Shown piece by piece: positions 12,577 to 25,999 of a stretch of DNA of 64,000 bases; the first letter of the stretch is position 1, and each line of letters starts with the position of its first letter. A program made the position numbers and the translations under genes. This DNA comes from Octopus vulgaris. Its lineage: Eukaryota. The notes under the pieces were generated by a model that was not told the DNA's origin, did not search any database, and was given only the letters and a program-made list of their open reading frames with translations. The stretch spans positions 9,052,001-9,116,000 of the forward strand of contig OX597834.1 in assembly GCA_951406725.2 (NCBI GenBank). The letters are read 5' to 3'.

Positions 12577-12838
12577 TACAATATATATGAAATTAAGTAA
12601 TTATGCAAAGAACTTCACCTTACAGCAGTTACCGCTATGTAAATCAGTGCAATCAAAGTTCGATGGGTGTGCATTACCTCATAGCTTCCTCAGAGCTTCA
12701 ACAATGAGGTATATTGCATAATTTCTCGTTCATTCGTCGTACATTTATTCTGAATCATATGCGTATTCAATTCTATGACTAAGCTATTTCTATCTCTATA
12801 TGCTTAAGCGAAATATAAAAATATACCCTTTACGCCTT

Positions 12839-12869
<31 letters not shown>

Positions 12870-12969
12870 TGTATGTATATCAAGTAAGTACTGTAAATTT
12901 AGGATGAACACTTGATAAGCGTAAGCACCTGTATATGCCAGAGAGTGGCAGAGGTGAGAGAGAATATAT

Positions 12970-13016
<47 letters not shown>

Positions 13017-13149
13017 GTGTGTGTATATATATATGAATAATCATATAGACATTGAATTATTTATAGTATATATATAATATAAGATGCTGTCTTATATGTA
13101 TATAAAGTATATTATTTCCGTGTTTAAGAACTATATTTCCTTTGATTTT

Positions 13150-15250
13150 CAAACGATTTTCTGGGATTTTTTTCTCTTTACGCTAGAAGAAAATTATATG
13201 ACAATCCGCTTCTTTGATCTTCATTTATACTTATATGATTCCATATTCTAGATAATCCTCTTGAACCAATCACCAAAGCATTCCTTAGTGCAATATCTGA
13301 TTGTTCCCTTGTTTATCCCCTTGCTTATTGGCCTTATTCACTTTTGCTATATCGTTTGCTACCTTACAATTTAAATGGAACCTTATTTCATTGTATGCAA
13401 CTCGGGGATAGCACATTTCTCGTCTTGCTTCATAATGTTTGATATTCTTCTTTAACACTGGTACATGGCGCTTTGATTGATAAATATTCGTGGCAGCTTC
13501 GAAGTAGCATTTCCTACATGTATTTGGCCCTTTTCCCCATACTCTGTTTGTTATACATATGTAAATATAATTTATTGCATTCAACGTCACGGTAATTATA
13601 GCTTTGGTTGCACCGATTTTTGGAACAAACATAACCCCACGAACTCCTAGTTTCACTTCATCTCTGCTGGTTTACGAATTGCAGAATTTCCTACTTTGTT
13701 TATCGTGTTAACCTCTATATTTGGTATTTGATTTTCTTGACATATAATTTTCACCCATAACTTGTCTCATAAATCCTATCCCCTGTTTATTATGATCCCT
13801 TGCTGCAGTGCAATACTTCTATTCTTGTAATGCAGCTCACATGCATATAATTTTTTTTTTTTTTTAAGGCAACGAATAATAAAGTATTTCTTTCTTCACC
13901 TGGAATCTCAGCAATTGGAATCGATCAGGATCAAATGATTTCCTGGGATTCTTTTCTGCTTAGGCTGAAAGAAAATCATCATATGGCAATTCCCTTCTCT
14001 GGTCCCCATTCACACATGTGATTACATTTTCTAGATAATCCTCTTGAGCCAATCACCAAGGCATTCCTTCTGCCTTTGATGAAATATCCTTACCGTAGTA
14101 TGTAATCTTTCTCTAGAAAAAGGGTTGCGTTAATCGCCTACCAATTTGGATTTGATTTAAATCTAATGAAACTACAAGGCCTTTCATAGAATCTGGAGAT
14201 AATTATAGTATCGAATATGCCATGTCATTTGCTGTTATGGGGGAAAAGAAAACAATCTCTTATTTTATTCTGTGCTTTAACTGGAAGTTATTCTATTCAT
14301 GAAATTACATTTTTGTGTTCGTGTTTCTTAATCTGTAATATTCTTCCTTAACTCTGTTACATTGGTACTTCGATAAGGAAACGTTCTACAGGTCTTTCGT
14401 TTCTTAGCACGGGGTTTTTAAAGCACTATAATTTAAAAGAAGGTGCTAGTTAGTTACATATTGCAAGAGGTTCTCTTATATTCCTTACTTAAGTTTATTG
14501 TAATCTGATTGACTTAGCACTAACCGTCGTTTCTACATCAATAGCGTTTGTTTTATACTTTATACTTTATTTTCACCTGAGATTTCAGTACTCTTAATAA
14601 TTGTCGAGTATCCATAAATACCAAATTCTAACAGGAAGAAGAGCGAAGATCATCGTCATATCGATGAATTTCCAATAAACTATCGCAAGCTTTACACTAC
14701 GTTCTCAACTACAGCCGGGCATTCTTTTGTTTTCTCTGATCTCGATAACCTGTACTTTGTCTGGTGCTGACATTTTATATTGCCTCTTACGCTGTCTTTG
14801 CTCACTGCATGGCTTCATTTCTTGTCTCAGTGCCAGCGTAACTTTTTCACCTCCAGCAAAATCAATTGAAGTTTATTACATATGGATCGAAACAATGTAA
14901 GCAATTTTACAATTTAACTATCAGACCAAACTTTAGAGTTGCATTGTTTCTTAGTTCTCGTTGTGTCATAAAACTACGTCATAAAATTAAGTCAGAGTTA
15001 ACTTTGCTCAGACAGACGACATAGCCTACTTCTGTAATAAACATGTCCGTGCAATATCAATATTGGTCTGCAATCTGTTATTTTTGCTTTCTGTCGAACT
15101 TTGGAAGCCATGATCCTCGTATTGTTGTAAACTGCGAATTCCTGAAAAACGTGACTGACAGAAAATTGTCGATTTCTGTTACTACCAGACAATGGTTTAA
15201 CTTCCATATGTCTTTCAATAGAAGAATGGTTCGATATTTCATCTTCAAAT
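13150..15250 (-). mobile_element. Very old coding-like retroelement remnant (possibly L1/Tx1-type)
   Basis: Broken minus-strand frames, including VWGKGPNTCRKC (possible decayed zinc knuckle) and a duplicated ~40-nt block at ~13247 and ~14029. No intact catalytic motif seen. Confidence 0.3.
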
Positions 15251-15297
15251 TTTAGTTTCTAGAGTTTACTTGTTTACATCATCAAAAACGAAAGCGC

Positions 15298-15350
<53 letters not shown>

Positions 15351-15457
15351 TATATAAGGGTAAATCATCATTAATTTTAAAATCAACAATTATTACCGAG
15401 TAGTTTTCGGAATGGACATATAACCATTTTCGGTATGAACTTTTATAAAAAGTTATT

Positions 15458-15508
<51 letters not shown>

Positions 15509-15849
15509 AATAAATAGGGTAAGCAACAGGTTGCTTAGTCACACAAAAGAATAGAAATCTAGTTTTCGAAGGCGTTCTATAGCTGGTCTTTAGCATTTCG
15601 TGGCGAGCCCTAGTTTATTCTTCATCGTCTTGCAGTCAAGGTCTACTCGTATCGTTTCCATTATCCTTAAGGCGGACAATTCTACCCCGTTTTCATTTGA
15701 TCGCTTTTCAGCCGCCATAACGTTTTTCATAAGAACATTCATTTCTTTCCCCGACATTCGCCTTCTTGGCATGGCGATTTGGCTTCTTTCGAAATCCACC
15801 TCTCAGCTATTGTTTATTGACGTAAAAAATAATATTTCGTTGAAAAAAA

Positions 15850-16450
15850 AAGTCTAGACGATAGGTAAATATAGAAGTAGACACAAACTCACTCTTGTCA
15901 ATATAAACATATCACTGACATAAATATAAAACCTTAGCTTGTCTAATATGATTTTAAAAGTTCAAAGATTGCAAACTATTTAACAAAACAATCAGCTGTG
16001 TGGTTTTGTATATCTAATATAAAATATAATTATTTTTCTAGCATCAAACAAGATTATTTAAAACGATTCATATTCAAAGAATGATTTTAATAATTCTTAA
16101 AATATTCGAATAAAAGGAACTTATTAGTACAAAATATTTCAGGTAACGTAAAGAACGCCTGTTATAGATTACACTTTAGGGGATTGAACATTTTGTAAAA
16201 ATAGTTAATTATTATGACGTATATTTGCCTTTTAAATATGGCTAACCCCTAAGGGTGGATGCTACTGTAGTTTGAGCCCCGGGAGGACACCTCCTCCAGC
16301 TGGCTATAGACACACTTTCTGTGCCCTATCAGTATTTGCAAAGGGAAGCCGTCCTTCCCGTCTCCAACTTATGATACACACTGACTCGAGTTTCTGCGTG
16401 TGACAATCACAGTTGTCGATGAAAAGTAGGTTCCCTTCACAAATACATAT
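15850..16450 (-). mobile_element. Probable Penelope-like element remnant
   Basis: Weak resemblance to a decayed GIY-YIG C-terminus at ~15880-16080, and a hammerhead-like GAAACTCGAGTC on the minus strand at 16383-16394. Confidence 0.4.
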
Positions 16451-16540
16451 ACTTTTTCCAGTATCGCAAAGGGCAAATATACGTCACGATGTGTTGCAGA
16501 TACTGTTTATAAGTCGCTCTAACTTAATTATTATTTACGA

Positions 16541-16990
16541 CTATGTATTTTGACCCGTGCTTCGTTCGGGGTTTGGTGGTGGTGTTGTTTTGTGCGTGTT
16601 GTCTCTTTTTCCCTTTCTTCTTTTCTTCGTCTTATTTGCCTGGTTATTTTTATTGCCCTCTTCTTTACACCTCTTTCCAAAATCCCCCCAATTGTTACAC
16701 CCACAATTAAAGATAACCGCCTATAGCCCCTGTAGCAACACTAAATCCACCATTATTCAAAGAGCGCAACCTATCTATCCCATAAAACTCATTTTTTCCC
16801 ATATTCTTCACAATGGCAACCAAACGGCAGCCCCGAGCGACTTGCAACCCTCCTCACAACATTGCCCACCCCATTTTGCCGCCCAGTGTAAATTTTGGCG
16901 CCAGTCCGCCCCATCTACCGCCCCTTAAACCGTTCCCATCCCCAAATGAGACAAATAACCAAGGACTCAAACATTCCAGCTTTATAGACA
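16541..16990 (-). mobile_element. Non-autonomous Helitron, diverged
   Basis: Minus strand ends CCCGAACGAAGCACGGG-TCAAAATAC-ATAG|T (hairpin plus mutated CTAG) and begins near TCTATAAAGCTGGAATG. Confidence 0.6.
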
Positions 16991-17667
16991 TTAATATTGT
17001 GTATATGTTACTTTTCAGTTAGTGTCACATTCAGTAAAATTCTATTTTCGTATCTTACGGAAGAACCGGAGAAACATGCGTGCGCAACACAGATACACGC
17101 ACGCACGCACTTACACACACACGCGCTCATACACAGAGGCACACACACACTCACATACTCTCTCTCTCGCCATGTACCCAAACAGACACAAACGCAAACA
17201 TACACAGAATAAGCATTTAACCATATTTGATTTTAACATTGAATTCCCAGTATCATTCTGTAACTTAAATTTATTCAATAAAATATTTATAATTAAACAT
17301 CCATTTTATAACATTAAATATTCTAACATATCGAATAAACAAGTTATGGCACTGTTGGGACCAATTCCATGAACTGTAATGTAGACAATTTGCATCTGAG
17401 GCTCTTGTGGACGGTTTTCTCTGCTTTTCTAAGTAAATCTTTAATTTACTCTGTGATTCATAGTAATCGCAGTACATCAGTGTATTTAAGTATGGTTACT
17501 CCTCAGGATTTGTGCTGTATGTATTGAAGGATTTTTACTCGAACAAATCCGCACAAGAACTAATTGTTACGCCTAGTACTTATTCTACCGTTCTCTTTTC
17601 GCCGATCCGATAAGCTACGGGAACGTAAACACACCAACACGGAGTGTGTTAGTTTTGGTGTACAGAA

Positions 17668-18518
17668 ATTGAATATTGAGAAAAAAAGGCGTCAGTATTT
17701 TCGGAAAAATCTTTTACTTCCTTCATTATTATTAGCGCTTTCATTAATTTCTCGAATATGTCAAATGAAATTTTGCGAACATACAGACAGCTTGTACGTT
17801 TATATAAAACGGATGTGGGGTTTTGCTTAGATGAGAACATTGTTTTTGGGGGTGAGGTTCTATGATGATGGAGATAGACAGAAATATACTTAGGTAGATA
17901 GACTGATAGATAGATATATACATACATAGAAAGACGGTTAGATAGACAGACAGATAGATAGGTAGGTGGAGAGAGATAAGAGGGACCCCCCCTTCGTATT
18001 CACCATTCATTTATTTATTTAGTCATTAAGCATTGTATTGGAATGGGATTAAGGATGGTAACGTCTTGAAAGAATTTTATTAAAATAGGGGAAGAGAGAA
18101 AGAAAGGAAAGAAACTTTCAGTGATGACCACACCATGCCTCTATGATTTTTTTGAAGAGGTTACCATCATTAAATACATTTCAATGCAATGGTAAATGAC
18201 TATATAAACAAATGACTATATAAACAAATGGTGAATAGAAAGAGGATCCCACTCTCTCTACCTATCTATTTACCTATCCGTCTAACTATCGATCTATCTC
18301 CAATGTCATGGAAACTTACCTTAAAAAAAATACAATGTTCTCCTCTTCTACACATAAACACCAAAAATGAAGTTTTTTTTATCAATGAACAAGCTGTCTG
18401 TACATTCGCAAATTTTTATTTTGACAAGTTCGAGAAATGAACAAAAGTGATAATTATAATGTAAAAATAAGTAGATGTTTTTTCCCCAAATCCTGACGAC
18501 TTCTTTCCCAATAAATTT
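17668..18518. mobile_element. Foldback/MITE-like element with long diverged inverted repeats
   Basis: ~17668-18010 is the diverged reverse complement of ~18225-18518 (e.g. TTTGCGAACATACAGACAGCTTG vs CAAGCTGTCTGTACATTCGCAAA). Confidence 0.7.
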
Positions 18519-18674
18519 AAATAATTTAAATTTTAAATTTTGTATTTTTTATATATTTTTATATATTTTTTTAATATATTTTGTATATTATATTAATTAT
18601 TTTTATTTCTATGTTTTGGTTTATGTTTTCCACTGTTTGATTTGCCTAATAGTGGTTTTATCTCTAATTTAATT

Positions 18675-18675
18675 T

Positions 18676-18725
<50 letters not shown>

Positions 18726-19024
18726 GTATATGTATATATATATGTATATATATGTATATATATATGTATATATATATGTGTATATATATGTGTATATATA
18801 TGTGTATATATATGTGTATATATATGTGTATATATATGTGTATATATATGTGTATATATATGTGTATATATATATGTATATATATATATTTATATATATA
18901 TGTATATATATATATGTATATATATATATGTATATATATATGTGTATATGTATATATATATGTGTATATGTATATATATATGTGTATATGTATATATATA
19001 TGTGTATATGTATATATATATGTG

Positions 19025-19055
<31 letters not shown>

Positions 19056-19100
19056 ACACATATATATGTATATATATATATATATATACATATGCATAGA
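18675..19100. repeat. (TA)n/(TATATATATGTG)n microsatellite
   Basis: Directly visible. Confidence 0.97.
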
Positions 19101-19558
19101 GAGAGAGGGAGAGAAAAAGAGATACATAGATAAACAATATGACAAAAGAATTAACAATTAATTTATGAACTTACTTTAAAGTTGTTTCCCTCACATGATG
19201 CGGTATACTCACTGTTGCATGCCTGAGTAACAACCTACAGTTTCATCAGGGCCTAGATCATGTGGTTGTCATCTCTATTCCTATTGCCGTTCTCTTCTCG
19301 ATCGGCTCTTCGTTAACAACCATATGTATATCGAATGCTGCATCAGATTATTAGTATCGCAATGCCTAACCGAAATATCTATCCATCTATCTATCTAGCT
19401 ATCTATGTATCTATCTACCTGTATCTATATATATATATATATATATATATTATGTATATATGCATTTATGTATGTATGTAGGTATGTATATGAATATATA
19501 TATGTGTGTGTGTGAATATAGATATAAAGAAATATATATGTATACACCCGTACACACA

Positions 19559-19915
19559 CAGGGTGATCATAAAGTCACGCACCGTCCTGCAATATATGAA
19601 ATTGCTACCAATTTTTCTGTTTTTTTTTATCTCTTCAAAACTGCTGATATTACTCACAAACCAAATCCTCATTGCAAAGAGGCAGATAATCAATAAAACG
19701 TGTGTTGTGGGTTTTGGCACTATCAAGTAATTGGACCGTTTAATTTTCAGGAGGTTCTGTGACAGGTCAATCGTGTCTTGATATGCTTGACAACAAGATG
19801 ATGTTTCATGTGCATTCATTTGGAAGTGTAAAACCTGTCTGGTTTCTGAACATTTTCCAGCGAGATAGCTCGGGCGTAGCAAGCCAATTTGAATGGGCAC
19901 CACGGACACCAGTTT
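19559..19915 (+). mobile_element. Tc1/mariner-superfamily remnant (internally deleted)
   Basis: Starts CAGGGTG (TIR-like); decayed CCGFWHYQVIGPFNFQE, QQDD and EHFPAR*LGRSKPI..WAPRTP (cf. WPPRSPDL). Confidence 0.7.
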
Positions 19916-19928
19916 GTAAGTGTCTGTA

Positions 19929-20343
19929 AGGCGGCGATCTGGCAGAAACGTTAGCACGCCAGGCGAAATGCTTAGCGGCATTTCGTCTGCTGCCGCGTTC
20001 TGAGTTCAAATTCCGCCGAGGTCGACTTTGCCTTTCATCCTTTCGGGGTCGATAAATTAAGTACCAGTTACGCACTGGGGTCGATGTAATCGACTTAATA
20101 CCTATGTCTGTCCTTGTTTGTCCCCCTTTGTGTTTAGCCCTTGTGGGTAATAAAGAAATAGGTATTTCGTCTGTTGCCGCATTGAGTTCAAATTCCGCCC
20201 AGGTCGACTTTGCCTTTCATCGTTTCGGGCTCGATTAAATAAGTACCAGTTACGCACTGGGCTCGAACTAATCGATTTAGTCCCTTTGTCTGTCCTTGTT
20301 TGTCCATTCTGTGTTTAGCCCCTTGTGGGCAATAAAGAATTAA
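19929..20343 (+). mobile_element. SINE family A, head-to-tail dimer
   Basis: Full unit 19929-20161, then restarts at internal GTATTTCGTCTG for a second unit. Confidence 0.9.
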
Positions 20344-20640
20344 GTGTCTACTGCTATCGGCTTGAACGGACCAAAGTCTTGTAAGTGGATTTCAGGGACG
20401 GAATCTGGAGGAAGCCCGTCGTACGTAAGTCTGTATATGTATATCTTTTTTGTATGTGTGTTATTGTGTCTGTGTTCGTCCCACCCACACCGCTTAAGAA
20501 GCGGTACTGGAATGTTTACGTCCTCTGAAGCTTAGAGTTTGGGGGAAAGCGAGAATAAATACTACGTGTAGAAAAATAAGTACAGGGTTCGATACATTCT
20601 ACCAAATGTCTTCAATGCGCTTCCCCATGATGGCCGCCCT
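20344..20640 (+). mobile_element. SINE family C, diverged 5'-truncated copy
   Basis: ACCAAAGTCTTGTAAGTGGATTT...GAAGCCCGTCGTA matches the family C body. Confidence 0.7.
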
Positions 20641-20702
20641 TTAAAGACTGAAATAAATAAAATCTAAAAGACGTGCATGTGTATATATATACATATATAT
20701 AC

Positions 20703-20743
<41 letters not shown>

Positions 20744-21064
20744 CATGTGTGTTCCCCACTTAAAATGGGGTGCACGTGTTCAACGGTGATATAACCCGAA
20801 GCTATATGAAAGTTACGCAGGTGGGCCACAATACATGAATCATAAATTTGTAAATTTTCTGTACATATTTCCGTATATAAAAAATAGTAGCTAAAAATGT
20901 ATTTTTTCCGCAAGCGAGGTAGAGAGAGAGAGATACAGGTGGAAACAGGACAGGTGTTTGATTAAATGAACATAATAACCAACACCGTGTGATCATGTTG
21001 ACTATGTCAGCTCCAACAGAATCCATTCCATTCCATGTGAAACAAAAACGGAAGCTGATACTTT

Positions 21065-21410
21065 GCTTTTTCGTTTTGTTTGTTCTTTCATTTATTAATT
21101 TTTTTTATTTTTTTCTTCTTTTTCTTTTTATTCTTCTGCTTCTTCTACTTCTTTTTCTTTTCCTCATCTTTTTCTTCTGCTTCTTCTCCTTCTTTTTCTT
21201 CTTCTTATTCTCCTTTTTCTTTTCTTTTTCTTTTCTTCTTCTGCTTTATTCTTCTCCTTCATTTTCTCCATTTTCCTCTTCCTTTTCGTATCCTTCCTTT
21301 TTATATTCCACTTCCTCCACTTCCTCTTCCACTTCTTTTTCTTCTTCCTCTTCCCCTTCTTCTTCCTTTTGTCCCACTTCTTCTTTTTCTTCTTCTTTTC
21401 CTCCTCATAC
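21065..21410. repeat. Pyrimidine-rich (TTC)n-like low-complexity tract
   Basis: Directly visible. Confidence 0.9.
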
Positions 21411-21909
21411 ATCTAGTAATACTATTGACGTGAATACTACATTAATGTTAGGAATATAAATCTAAGGCAATGCTTCGAGGGAGCAAAATCTATGTAAACG
21501 AATTGCGCCCTCTTTCGAAATTGCTGGCATCGTACCAGAATTTGAAACCAATATCAATTTAAAGCTGTTAACAGGCTGGATCGTTAGCACAGCGGACAAA
21601 ATGCTCAGCACCATTTCGTCCGCCTTTAGAATCTGATTTCAAATTCCATCCAGTTTGTCTTTCATTCTTTCGTTCACAATGAAAGAATTACCAGTTCCTC
21701 ACAGGGGTCGATAAATTTGACTTACTCGCCTCCATAAATGTGCGGGCCTTGCGCCAACATCTGATGCCCAAAAATTCTTACAAGCGTTAAGGAAGCGAGC
21801 TTAGAGAATAGTTAACCCGCCAGACAAAAAGCTTAGTTGCTGTTCATCGGGGCTCAACATCACCTTCCACGATTTCGGGATCGATTTAAACGACTTAAAA
21901 CCTTTCCTA

Positions 21910-22140
21910 ATCATCATCATCATTGTTCGACCGTGGTCGAGACAATGGAATTTACCATGCTACGCCAGACTTCACGGACCATCATGGCATTACGGAGGTC
22001 CTGTTGCTGGATGCCTGTATCCCTGGAGATTACATCAGGGTAGGAGAGTGTGCGCCCTCTGGTATTGCGAGTAGATGGCTTCCAGAGGAGACGAGTAGAA
22101 ATTATCTCTTTTTCAGCTCTACAACAATGTCCAGCAAACT
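21910..22140 (-). mobile_element. RTE LINE 3' fragment (same family as 6405-7252)
   Basis: FAGHCCRAEKEIISTRLLWKPS...SIVSTTVEQ* plus (GAT)n tail; near-identical to 7025-7252. Confidence 0.92.
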
Positions 22141-22796
22141 TGGTGGCCTTGCTCTGAAATCTAAAAAACAATATCTATCTGACAGTCTCTCTGTCTTCTT
22201 ATTTATTTCTCATTCTCTCTCTCCCTCTTCCTCTCACTCCTCCCCCTCCCTCTTCCTCTCACTCCTCCCTCTCCCTCTTCCTCCTCCCTCTCCCTCTTCC
22301 TCTCACTCCTCCCTCTCCCTCTCTCTATCTCTGCGTATGTATTTATATTATTGAACAGTAGAAGCCACTAAATCACACATTTTGTCTCACAGTTAATCAT
22401 CTAATATACTTTCTACTAACGCCAGAGTTTGTCTTACATTTCTGCCATGATCAATCGCAAAGACGTGTACGAAGTTCCACTTCTTTACACTACACTCTCA
22501 AAGCGAACACACACGTACAAAAACACACGCACAGATACAAAACCCACGTATAATCATACACAGGTAAACTTAAGTGAGCCATATTTTTCTCAATCATACT
22601 ATAGTTGCTTATATAAACTTATTTTTTTCAACCACTATCACAATTTATCGCCTGGCTTGTCACTATTTCCAAATCGCATTTTCAATACATCCACGCATAT
22701 ATATATGTATGTATATATATGTAGGTATATATGTATGTATGCATGTGTATATATATATATGTACATATATATGTATACATATCATAGTCAATATGT

Positions 22797-22839
<43 letters not shown>

Positions 22840-23548
22840 ATAGTGACTTTATGTATTTATGCATATACACACATATATCTATAAAGTCTCATTGACTGAA
22901 ATTTCGACTCTATCTCCGTATATGCATGAACGAACTTCGAGGAAAGTGAGAGGAAAAAGCTGTAAAAACAAAATAAATGAATAATGAAAAAAAACAACAT
23001 ACAATGATGCAAGCTAACACGCAAACAAAAATATACTCTGGGAAAAAAACAACAAAATAAAACTTTGACAAATTGAATGAATTTACACACATGCTCAGAA
23101 GCAATAACAGAAACGCTATACCTTCTTCTTGCACCCCGGCACAGACACACAGCTGTAGAAGATATTGTCTGCATTGGATGACATACTTGAATCTCATTTC
23201 CATATTACGTAGACTAGGCAAGTGACTTCTTGAGACCGACATATCTGGTTATTACATCAGCAGATATGTGCGTAACTATTGGGGTAGATATAGTGATACA
23301 AGCTGTTGATTTGTAGTAGTGAACGAGCAAACATGGTTGCTTTTGTTTGCCTTGTTGATGTATTTACTTTCTTTGTTTGTCTCGGCTTTCTAGGAATAAC
23401 AATTTATTGATATCGGAATAAGTTATCTACCAGCATACAACAAAATATTCTAGCTGGTAAATACTGCTACGTACAATACCGGGGCATAAGTGCGTGTAAA
23501 ATAAATTTGAATATTGGTATATTTTATGAAGGAGCAAACAAAATGCTT

Positions 23549-23960
23549 GGAGCGAATTGGCAGAAACGTTAGCAACCCGGGCGAAAGGCTTATCGGGATT
23601 TCGTCTGCCGCTACGTTCTGAGTTAAAATTCCGCCGAGGTCGACTATGCCTTTCATCCTTTCGAGGTCGATAAATTAAGTACCAGTTACGCACTGGGGTC
23701 GATGTAATCGACTTAATAACTATGTCTGTCCTTCTTTGTCCCCTCTGTGTTTAGCTCCTTGTGGGTATTAAAGAAATGGGTATTTCGTCTGCCGCTACGT
23801 TCTAAGTTCAGATTCCGCCGAGGTCAACTTTGCCTTTCATCCTGTCGGAGTAGATAAATTAAGTACCAGTTACGCCTTGGGGTCGATATAATGGACTTAA
23901 TCCGTTTGTCTGTCCTTGTTTGTCTCCTCTGTGTTTAGCCCATTGTGGGTAGTTATGACA
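23549..23960 (+). mobile_element. SINE family A dimer
   Basis: Two units; the second restarts at GTATTTCGTCTG (~23780). Confidence 0.9.
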
Positions 23961-24309
23961 TAAGCATTCTGTCAAATGCTGCCGAGATCAATATACCTTT
24001 TATCATTTCAGATATCAATAAAATTCGTACTAATTGGGTACTATGGTCGATGTAATCAACTTGGCCTCTCCCCCCAAAATTACAGGCCCTGTGTCAAATC
24101 TCGAAACTAATTATCGTATATTTTATGAGGCATTGAACTGGCAGAATCGTTTGCATGCTGAGCAAAATACTTAGCGGCATTTCGTCTTTACTTTGTGAGA
24201 CTTTACCGCTGAGGTCGACTTTACCTTTCATAATTTCGGGGTCGATAAAATGAATAGATCATCCCCGAAACTACTGACCTTGTGCCAAAATTTCAAATCT
24301 ATGTTAGCA

Positions 24310-24705
24310 TACTTTATTTACTATTTTGCACGTTTCAATCATTTGATTGCGGCCATGCTAGAGCATCGCCTGTAGTCGAAGAAATCTATCCCAGTACTTA
24401 TTCTTTGTAAGCCTAGTACTCTTTTGTCGAACCGCAAAGGACGGGGGCGTAAAACCGCCAGCATCGGCTGTCAAGTGATGTTGGGGGACAACCACAGACA
24501 CGCAAACATATACACACACATACATATTTCTACATATACACGACGGGCTTCTTTCAGTTTCCGTCTACCAAATCCACTCACAAGGTTTTGGTCGGCCTGA
24601 GGCTATAGTAGAAGACACTTGCCCTAGGTGCCAGGCAGTGGGACTGAACCCGGAACCATGTGTTTGGTAAGCAAGCTACTTACCACACAGCCACTCCTGC
24701 GCCTA
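24310..24705 (-). mobile_element. tRNA-derived SINE family C, full length
   Basis: Minus head GGCGCAGGAGTGGCTGTGTGGTAAGTAGC...GGGTTCAGTCCC; body ACCTAGGGCAAGTGTCTTCTACTATAGCCTC; internal (TG)n. Confidence 0.9.
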
Positions 24706-25417
24706 TGTGAATTATTGAGGAATAATTTTATAGAACTTGCTGAATATCACCACTCTACATATTGGCTTCAAAATTTGATATGACGCCAGAAATTCGGGGA
24801 AGCGTGGATAGATGATTAAATCGGTCTCCGTACTGTAATTATAGTACTTATTTTATGGACCTCAAACTGATAAAAGGGACAGTCGACTCCAGCAGCATTT
24901 AAATTCATAATATAAAGACAGACGTAGCTCTGCTAGGCACTTTTCGAGGCGTACTCACGATTTTACTTGTTCTCCCGCTTCCATTAAAGGCACTCAATGA
25001 AAAACACATTTTTTAGAATTACTAAAATTATAAAGCATTTCATTTCCCTTCTTATATTTCAATCTCCAAGAGGTTTAAAAAAGGAAAAAAGAAAACGAAA
25101 ATATGGATTAGACAAAAGCTTATCTGTGCAGACATTTACATAATGGATGAGCTGCTGTGCGACAATGAATAGCTTTAGAGGGAAGTAAATAATAAAACCC
25201 ACACATATAATGTATGGAAGAAAAGCAACAACTCCCATCAGAAGTGGAATTTTCAACAATTCTGATATTCTGTTTACAAACTTCAGGTGAGATCGTGGGA
25301 GGAAATCAGCAGAGTTATAGAATTTATTGTATATAGTTTTTAGAACAGTTTATTTGTACATCTTTTGAAGGAGAGAAAGAGAAGGAAACATGTCTGCACA
25401 TACTGAACTATATAGAC

Positions 25418-25955
25418 CAGAGGTCACCAAACATTTTTAAGGCATGCTATATAAATGAGAGAATGACGCGCGTCTGCTTTAAAACCATTTTGTTTAATAC
25501 AATACTGTGAATGCCCCAAAAATAAAGACAACCAACATATTTATTTACCAAAATGTTATCAAAGAAGGCGATGCTAGAAATAAGATAATTATATAACACC
25601 CAGTGTGCACACACCCGAATCTAACAAGCTAAGCAGCAAAAAAGGTTAGTGAGTTTTGTGAAGCTAGAGTTTAGATTTTAATATATCAATATTTGCTTTT
25701 GAATTGCTGCATCCAAACAAGACAGTTGTTTTCTAATGCTCATCAGTCAACCTCGTAAAATGCGCTCACTTCACATACTTCAATTTTTATAATGTTTGTT
25801 CATAGAAAAAAGTTGTTCCAAACATTGAAGCCATACTGAAGGAAAATGAACTGTCATTGCAGGTACTTTTACAAAAGATACGGAGCGGCAGCGGGTGGGA
25901 TGAACTGAGCTCGCGGGCCGGATCCGGCCCGCTGGCCGTAGTTTCGTGACCGCAT
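25418..25955 (-). mobile_element. hAT (Charlie/SPIN-like) deletion derivative with TIRs and 8-bp TSD
   Basis: TIRs CAGAGGTCACCAAAC / GTTTCGTGACCGCAT (11/15 match); flanks ATATAGAC / ATATAAAC (7/8); minus strand encodes a hAT C-terminus MASMFGTTFFYEQ..KLKYVK..TRLTDEH. Confidence 0.85.
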
Positions 25956-25999
25956 ATATAAACAATAGGAATTGTATGAACGCACACACTTACATACAA

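Noticed and set aside
19175-19234. Minus-strand exon-like segment AG|VVTQACNSEYTASCEGNNFK|GTAAGT
   Set aside because: Good donor but no polypyrimidine tract, no recognisable homology and no partner exons; needs RNA-seq.
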